A stretch of 30,872 nucleotides of DNA from a virus (lineage: Duplodnaviria > Heunggongvirae > Uroviricota > Caudoviricetes): the IMG/VR virus record IMGVR_UViG_2657245091_000018, one strand, 5' to 3'. The position numbers were made by a program, and so were the translations under genes. Position 1 is the first letter of the stretch. Each line of letters opens with the position of its first letter. Of the stretch, positions 26,359-30,872 are shown one piece after another. The notes beneath the pieces were generated by a model. The model saw only the letters and a list, made by a program, of their open reading frames with translations, had not been told where the DNA came from and did no database searches.

Positions 26359-27076
26359 GTCGGTTATAAAGATTGCTGATGATATGGGGGCGCTGGCCTG
26401 TTCAATTGTGCCAGCGCATCCCTGGGTTTACGGTCTGGGACAGAACACCGATTCAGGCGGTTATCTCAGTCCGGCCAATGCGCTGGGATACCTTGCTAAA
26501 AAGCTGTTATCCGGTGGCGGTAGCGGTAGCGGTGATGTCATCGTCATGATGGTGGCGGAGAATACCCACGATGCTTTTATGCAGGGACTGAATAAACTGT
26601 CCACCGTATTTCCGGCCCCGGTATTTACGCAGGTAAGCCGTATGGCCGCAGCCGCCGCAGAACTCAGCACGGTAAAAATGCAGTTGCCGGTTAAAGCCGA
26701 TGTATTGCCAGCCAGTGCGCCGTTATCAGTCTCAACCAACCGGCTGGCGCTGAATGCCCAGCGTGTTGCCGCCGCGCAGCTGGCCGCCGCAGTCAGTACC
26801 ACCACAACAGATCTAAAAAACCAGGTGACGGGATTTATTCAGGAACGGGCCGGTTTGCTGTCCTCGCTCAGCCAGGGACTGGACGACCTGAAAGCCGCCA
26901 GTGCGAATATTTTTGCATTCAGTTACAGCGGGAGTTATGCCGTTGCTGCCGCAGAATTGCTGAAAGGCATCCCGCAAACAACGGCAGTGCATACCGCCGC
27001 GATGATGTTTATCGGGGATTCGTTATCTGACTTAGGGAAGATGCTACATGAGCCAGACCGCATTACTCGCGCTTGA
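26348..27076 (+). CDS. Hypothetical tail-module protein (242 aa)
   Basis: Start moved to ATG 26348, preceded by GGAGG (26334-26338, 9-nt spacer), rather than 26312. GC is like the phage core and the gene overlaps both neighbours. It contains a GGGSGSG linker and A-rich segments. No function recognised. Confidence 0.6.
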   Translation: MWRESVIKIADDMGALACSIVPAHPWVYGLGQNTDSGGYLSPANALGYLAKKLLSGGGSGSGDVIVMMVAENTHDAFMQGLNKLSTVFPAPVFTQVSRMAAAAAELSTVKMQLPVKADVLPASAPLSVSTNRLALNAQRVAAAQLAAAVSTTTTDLKNQVTGFIQERAGLLSSLSQGLDDLKAASANIFAFSYSGSYAVAAAELLKGIPQTTAVHTAAMMFIGDSLSDLGKMLHEPDRITRA

Positions 27077-27590
27077 TGGTGAAGGGATCGCCATGCAGAA
27101 CATGCTGGTTTCACCTTCCATGCAGTTTCAGGAAAAGGACCAGTCGGGCCAGACATCGAGCACGGCCAATGCTGAACAGGGTATCAAGGCCAAAGAGCTG
27201 CGCGTATCGGGTCTGGTGACATTCGACGACGAAGCCGTCTTACAGCGGCTTTTCCAGCTGGCATCCGCGACCGAAGCCAGCGGCGCACTGAAAAAGTACC
27301 GCGTCGCCAATGCGACGGCGACGGCTATCAACCTTCGTGAAGCCACGTTTACCGGTCAGATTGATGCCGTACCGCAGGAGGATCGCCTTGCCTGGCAGGT
27401 AAGTTTCACCCTGCGTGAAAAAGGCAGCGTCCCGGAAAAACGACAGGCCCGAAAAGGCAACGCGACGGCCAGCACCAAGCAAACAGGGGCAAAGGGCGCG
27501 GGTCCGGCTGCCGGAGCTGATGAGCCAGCCGACAAAATGAGCTGGTTTGAAGAAAAGGTCTTAAAGCCGGTCAACGATGCGCTGGGGTAA
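27048..27590 (+). CDS. Hypothetical tail/baseplate-associated protein (180 aa)
   Basis: ATG 27048 is preceded by AGGGAAG. It overlaps the previous gene by 29 nt and lies directly upstream of the hub-spike gene. No function recognised. Confidence 0.6.
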   Translation: MSQTALLALDGEGIAMQNMLVSPSMQFQEKDQSGQTSSTANAEQGIKAKELRVSGLVTFDDEAVLQRLFQLASATEASGALKKYRVANATATAINLREATFTGQIDAVPQEDRLAWQVSFTLREKGSVPEKRQARKGNATASTKQTGAKGAGPAAGADEPADKMSWFEEKVLKPVNDALG

Positions 27591-27597
27591 TTAAACG

Positions 27598-29322
27598 ATG
27601 AAACCAATTAAACGCCTGTACCTTTCCTCTGATCCGGTCCATCTGATTGACTGCAATATCGTGCTGGAGCTGAACGCGTGCGGTCGGGGGTTTATTACGG
27701 CGGGGACAGAGACAGATTACACCGGCAAAATGGTGCGTATCGATGTTGGTTATGATGGTCTGGTCCTGCGCTGGTTTACCGGGTACGTCGAACGGTCACA
27801 GCCTGCTGATAATGGAACATGCCGGTTGTTCGTGCGTGAGCTGGTCGGCATCTTTGATAAATTGTGGCCGTGTTCTTTCCAGCATCCAACGTTGCGCCAG
27901 ATTACTGACTGGATAAGTGAGCAAAGCGGGCTGACCGTCACAACGCCGGTCGGCGCTGCTTATGCAGATAAACCGATCCCCCACTTTACGCACAGCGGCA
28001 CGGGCTATCAGCTTTTTGCCAGTCTGGGCCGTGCATTTTCAGTGACGGATTATCTTTGGTATCAGTTGCCGGACGGGGATGTCTTCGTCGGCGCTGCGGA
28101 GCATAGTCTTTTTGCGGGAAAACCAGTGGAGATCCCGCACGAATTTAGCCAGGAATCGGCAGGCGGAAATTCAATGGTTGTGCCAATGATTCAGAGCCTG
28201 CGCCCGGGTGCGGAGGTAAACGGCCAGCGGCTGAACCAGGTCCGGCTAAATAACGATGACATGGCAATTACCTGGCAGCCCCGCAACAAAGCCAACGGCC
28301 AGCCATTGCAAAAATCACCCATTCAGCGGCAGATTGAAAACGCATTCCCGGAGCTGGCAAGCGGCCTGCATCTTCCAAGATTCGCTAGGGTGGAAGCGCC
28401 AAGCGAGGATGTTTCAGGGGGGGATATTGCCGATCCATTCCGCCCACGCTATGCCGTGGATCTCCAGCTGCTTGACGAAGACGGCAAGCCAGCCGCAAAT
28501 ACGCCGATCTATTCTGCCGTTCCACTACCTGTGCCAATGGCGGGCAGCGAGTCAGGAATGTTTCAGTTTCCGCCCCCTGGCACGCTGGTTGAAGTTGGGT
28601 TCACTGAGGGGCGGCAGGATAAGCCCTTTGTGCGTCAGATTATGGCGGAGGGTCATAACCTGCCAGCGGTTAAACCCGGTGAGCAGTTGCAGCAACAGCG
28701 CGATGGTGTATCGCAGCGCGTGACGGTTGCCGGAGACTGGGAACGCCAGACGGATCAGACAATCCGCGAAAACTCCATGACTCGCGAAGTCACCACCGAC
28801 GAAGAGATCCGCAAAGTGGTTGCCCGTGAAACTACGGTCCAGGCAACAGATAAAACAACCGTGCTTGGCACGGCCACACTTCTGGCCGGGGCGGTCGTTC
28901 ATATCAGCGAGGGGGATTACAGCGTCGGCACATCCGGCAACCTGACAGTAACCTGCAGCAAGGACAATTCCGTCAGTGTTGGCCGGAACGTGAAACGGGA
29001 TGTCGCGGGCAATGTTACAGACGACGTGAAAGGGGATGTCACGTCAAACGTCAGCGGCGCACTGACTGAAAAAATCAGCGGCATTCGCCGAAGTGTGGCC
29101 CAGGCGCAACAACTGATTGCCCCGGTGGTAAAGCTGGGAAGCGAAGAGATTAACGTCCTGACACTGCTCACCGACACCCTGGACGTGGTGAGGGAGCTGG
29201 CAGAGACTGCCGCATCACATACTCACCCCAATACGGGGGCCAGTGGGCAGGCGGCGCAGTTCACCGCAACGGCCAATAAAACCGGCACATTGAAAAGCAA
29301 ATACGGCCCCCTGATAGCCTGA
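27598..29322 (+). CDS. Baseplate hub fused to central spike (gpD-like N-terminal half plus gpV-like OB-fold, beta-helix and HxH apex; VgrG-like), 574 aa
   Basis: It is the last gene of the tail operon, as gpD is in P2. The OB-fold motif FQFPPPGTLVEVGFTEGRQDKPFVRQIM (28561-28644) matches the gpV/VgrG pattern PxxGxxVxVxFxxGdxdxPxV. Short V/N/D/T repeats (NVKRDVAGNVTDDVKGDVTSNVSG) suggest a beta-helix. SHTHP (H at 29218-29226) sits near the C-terminus. Confidence 0.6.
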   Translation: MKPIKRLYLSSDPVHLIDCNIVLELNACGRGFITAGTETDYTGKMVRIDVGYDGLVLRWFTGYVERSQPADNGTCRLFVRELVGIFDKLWPCSFQHPTLRQITDWISEQSGLTVTTPVGAAYADKPIPHFTHSGTGYQLFASLGRAFSVTDYLWYQLPDGDVFVGAAEHSLFAGKPVEIPHEFSQESAGGNSMVVPMIQSLRPGAEVNGQRLNQVRLNNDDMAITWQPRNKANGQPLQKSPIQRQIENAFPELASGLHLPRFARVEAPSEDVSGGDIADPFRPRYAVDLQLLDEDGKPAANTPIYSAVPLPVPMAGSESGMFQFPPPGTLVEVGFTEGRQDKPFVRQIMAEGHNLPAVKPGEQLQQQRDGVSQRVTVAGDWERQTDQTIRENSMTREVTTDEEIRKVVARETTVQATDKTTVLGTATLLAGAVVHISEGDYSVGTSGNLTVTCSKDNSVSVGRNVKRDVAGNVTDDVKGDVTSNVSGALTEKISGIRRSVAQAQQLIAPVVKLGSEEINVLTLLTDTLDVVRELAETAASHTHPNTGASGQAAQFTATANKTGTLKSKYGPLIA

Positions 29323-29389
29323 CAAAAAAGCGGCATAACCGCACACCTCACCAGACACCACAGAACGCGCCACAGCAGGCGCAAAGATT

Positions 29390-29425
29390 AAAGGTCGCCA
29401 CCGTGCGGCCTTTCTTTCGTTCGTT
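29390..29425 (+). terminator. Rho-independent terminator of the tail operon
   Basis: AAA-GGTCGC (29393-29398) - 6-nt loop - GCGGCC (29405-29410) - TTTCTTTCGTTCGTT, with one G-U pair. It lies 68 nt downstream of the stop at 29322. Confidence 0.6.
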
Positions 29426-29527
29426 CAACAGCGGCCCACAGCGTAAGCGACAGCAGGCAAACGGAAGCGGATCCAGGACGGAAACGGCGCTACACCGCAC
29501 CCGCCTGCGCAGTTTGGATCATAAAAA

Positions 29528-29816
29528 TTTTGCAAAAGAAATTTTGTGCAAAGCACCCCGCCAGCCTGCGCCGCTGCTGGGCTTTTGCATCCTGCGGGCG
29601 TTGCACTCTGCGCAAAGATTTGCAGCACTTTGCAAAAGTCATCGCGCCGCCAGCTACTAACTGACTGGATAACATGATGTTTTTAAAAGGATCGTTTTGG
29701 TTTCCGTGACGATCAAAATGATTAGGTGGTATCCGATGGTTTTCGGGGGCGGATATCGTGAAGCCTTGTGCGGTGAGGGCTGGCGGCTAGTTTGCTTTGA
29801 TTTGGGTTTTGCAAAA
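29528..29816. repeat. Cluster of TTTTGCAAAA palindromes and TTTGC/GCAAA half-sites in non-coding DNA
   Basis: The perfect 10-bp palindrome TTTTGCAAAA occurs at 29528-29537 and 29807-29816. CTTTGCAAAAG occurs at 29628-29638. GCAAAGATTTGC occurs at 29612-29623. Further half-sites lie at 29548, 29584 and 29791. I count at least 11 half-sites in about 290 bp. Confidence 0.6.
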
Positions 29817-29852
29817 TGATGCACGAAGTTTTGATAAAAGGATCTCTAGCTA

Positions 29853-29887
29853 AGGGGGAGGGGAACGTATAAAAACCCCCGCCCTCT
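29853..29887. other. GC-rich imperfect hairpin downstream of the AbiH-like gene (possible non-canonical terminator)
   Basis: AGGGGGAGGGG (29853-29863) - 12-nt loop - CCCCCGCCCTCT (29876-29887), with one mismatch and one wobble pair. It starts 20 nt beyond the minus-strand stop at 29907. There is no clean U-tract after the stem on either strand. Confidence 0.3.
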
Positions 29888-29906
29888 GGGTGATATTTTG
29901 TTCTAT

Positions 29907-30872
29907 TTATAGAAGTTTACTTACTGAAATCAGTTTGGGTGATTTAATGCCAATCTCACATAATGTTGTATGATGTGCTTCACGCTCAGTTTCCTGATAA
30001 TAGGTGGCTATCCATTCCGTATTTTCACTAACAATGCTATGTATAAAAGAAAAGTAGGGAACATCTACAGATGATAACGAATGGCCGATGATGATGATTT
30101 CGTCTACGTTGCTGAGATTTTTAAAAAATTTAGCGCTGTCAGCAATGACTTTTTCAGTATTCTTAAAAGAACAAGTGAAGTATTTATTAATAGTCTGCTT
30201 TCCCATTTCATAAGAGTGATCGTAATTATCAGCCATACACTGACGCCACTCTTCAAGTTCTTCATCGGTTGCATTTTCGGGCGGGACTGCTTCCTTTTCT
30301 TCAAAGTTGATAGGGTCAATACCATGACCTAAAATCAACTGTTGATCTGATGATGCTTTTCCATGGATATATAAAATTTGTCTATCATCAATACCATAGT
30401 ATTTCTGAAGAGTCTCAGTATAATTAAAACTGATAAAGATAGAGTCAGAATCGATACGCAATCTTTTATTTAAATTAAGTTCGGGGTAGTTAACCTGCAA
30501 TATAAATGACTTGAATTGTGTTAAAAGCCCTTCGGTTAAATTTTTTAGTATACGTTCCATTTCAATGCTTAATGAGCCCCAGTCCTTGTCACGAAAATCA
30601 GGGCTGCTAATTTGGGGTAAAAGATAGCAAAACTCTTCGAGCACTGACTCTGTATCCAGACCCGCTAAGCTGTTTTCGAAATCAGACCAAAGAAAATGTT
30701 TTGACTTATCAACTGCGGAAAGTTTAGGGGGTAAGTCAGTAAATCCCATAAAATCAACCAAGTGATCGTAAATGTCTTGGTCTTTCTTCCGAAGATAATC
30801 CCCAAATGAGAAATAGCTCGTGTCAAGTTCGTGATGCAGATCAAACCCATTCCCGATGATGTATAGCTTCAT
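29907..30872 (-). CDS. abiH: AbiH-family abortive infection protein, 321 aa
   Basis: The N-terminus MKLYIIGNGFDLHHELDTSYFSFGDYL matches the hallmark IIGNGFDLxHGLxTSYxDF start of the AbiH family (Pfam AbiH, from memory). The gene is AT-rich. Its ATG is the last triplet of the window, so its promoter lies outside. Confidence 0.8.
   Translation of the reverse strand: MKLYIIGNGFDLHHELDTSYFSFGDYLRKKDQDIYDHLVDFMGFTDLPPKLSAVDKSKHFLWSDFENSLAGLDTESVLEEFCYLLPQISSPDFRDKDWGSLSIEMERILKNLTEGLLTQFKSFILQVNYPELNLNKRLRIDSDSIFISFNYTETLQKYYGIDDRQILYIHGKASSDQQLILGHGIDPINFEEKEAVPPENATDEELEEWRQCMADNYDHSYEMGKQTINKYFTCSFKNTEKVIADSAKFFKNLSNVDEIIIIGHSLSSVDVPYFSFIHSIVSENTEWIATYYQETEREAHHTTLCEIGIKSPKLISVSKLL

Noticed and set aside
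26348-27590. Whether the two unknown genes after the fibre-assembly gene are defence cargo, by analogy with the P2 Z/fun hotspot downstream of G.
   Set aside because: They have core-like GC, overlap both neighbours (coupled translation) and lack flanking non-coding DNA. They sit where HP1-type phages keep conserved tail genes, so they are more likely structural or assembly proteins.
29403-29675. Three overlapping 61-85-aa ORFs (29403..29660 +, 29425..29628 -, 29490..29675 -).
   Set aside because: They mutually overlap on both strands, give R/A/Q/C-rich products and lack SDs. They also coincide with the palindrome/half-site cluster, so the region is treated as non-coding.
1-30872. A search by eye for tRNA/tmRNA fragments (T-loop GGTTCGAATCC-like motifs) near the prophage ends, CRISPR-like regularly spaced repeats, retron-like msr/msd structure with an RT gene, and toxin-antitoxin pairs.
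   Set aside because: None was found. A proper tRNAscan/Infernal/CRISPR-finder run is still needed, because manual scanning of 31 kb is not exhaustive.

Overview
This 30.9-kb window is almost entirely a P2-family temperate myovirus prophage in a roughly 50-55% GC enterobacterial-type background. Its gene order is HP1/K139-like: head module, sheath/tube, lysis cassette, tape measure, baseplate, fibre, hub-spike. From left to right it contains: (1) the right end of an IS3-family IS (1-192); (2) a small minus-strand gene of lower GC (236-715); (3) two small early ORFs, a Dam-type methyltransferase and a gpA-type rolling-circle replication initiator (854-5050); (4) a ~3.2-kb AT-rich cargo island, about 23-30% GC by hand counts of sample lines, carrying one 930-aa protein with four N-terminal TM helices and no motif I can recognise (5415-8207). 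This island sits where P2 carries tin/old, the gpA-to-portal anti-phage hotspot; (5) an Ogr-type zinc-finger gene, portal and large terminase on the minus strand (8470-11662); (6) scaffold, major capsid, small terminase, head completion, tail completion, sheath, tube, holin, M15 endolysin, overlapped spanins, a frameshifting tail chaperone, tape measure, baseplate W/J/I-like genes, tail fibre, fibre assembly protein, two unknown genes and a fused hub-spike (11839-29322); (7) a ~580-bp non-coding stretch rich in TTTGC/GCAAA half-sites and TTTTGCAAAA palindromes; (8) an AT-rich AbiH-family abortive-infection gene whose start codon is the last triplet of the window (29907-30872). The best candidate for something undescribed is the 930-aa membrane-protein island, which is bracketed by ~35-bp imperfect direct repeats. 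I saw no tRNA, rRNA or CRISPR array. All homology statements are by-eye motif recognition, not database searches.
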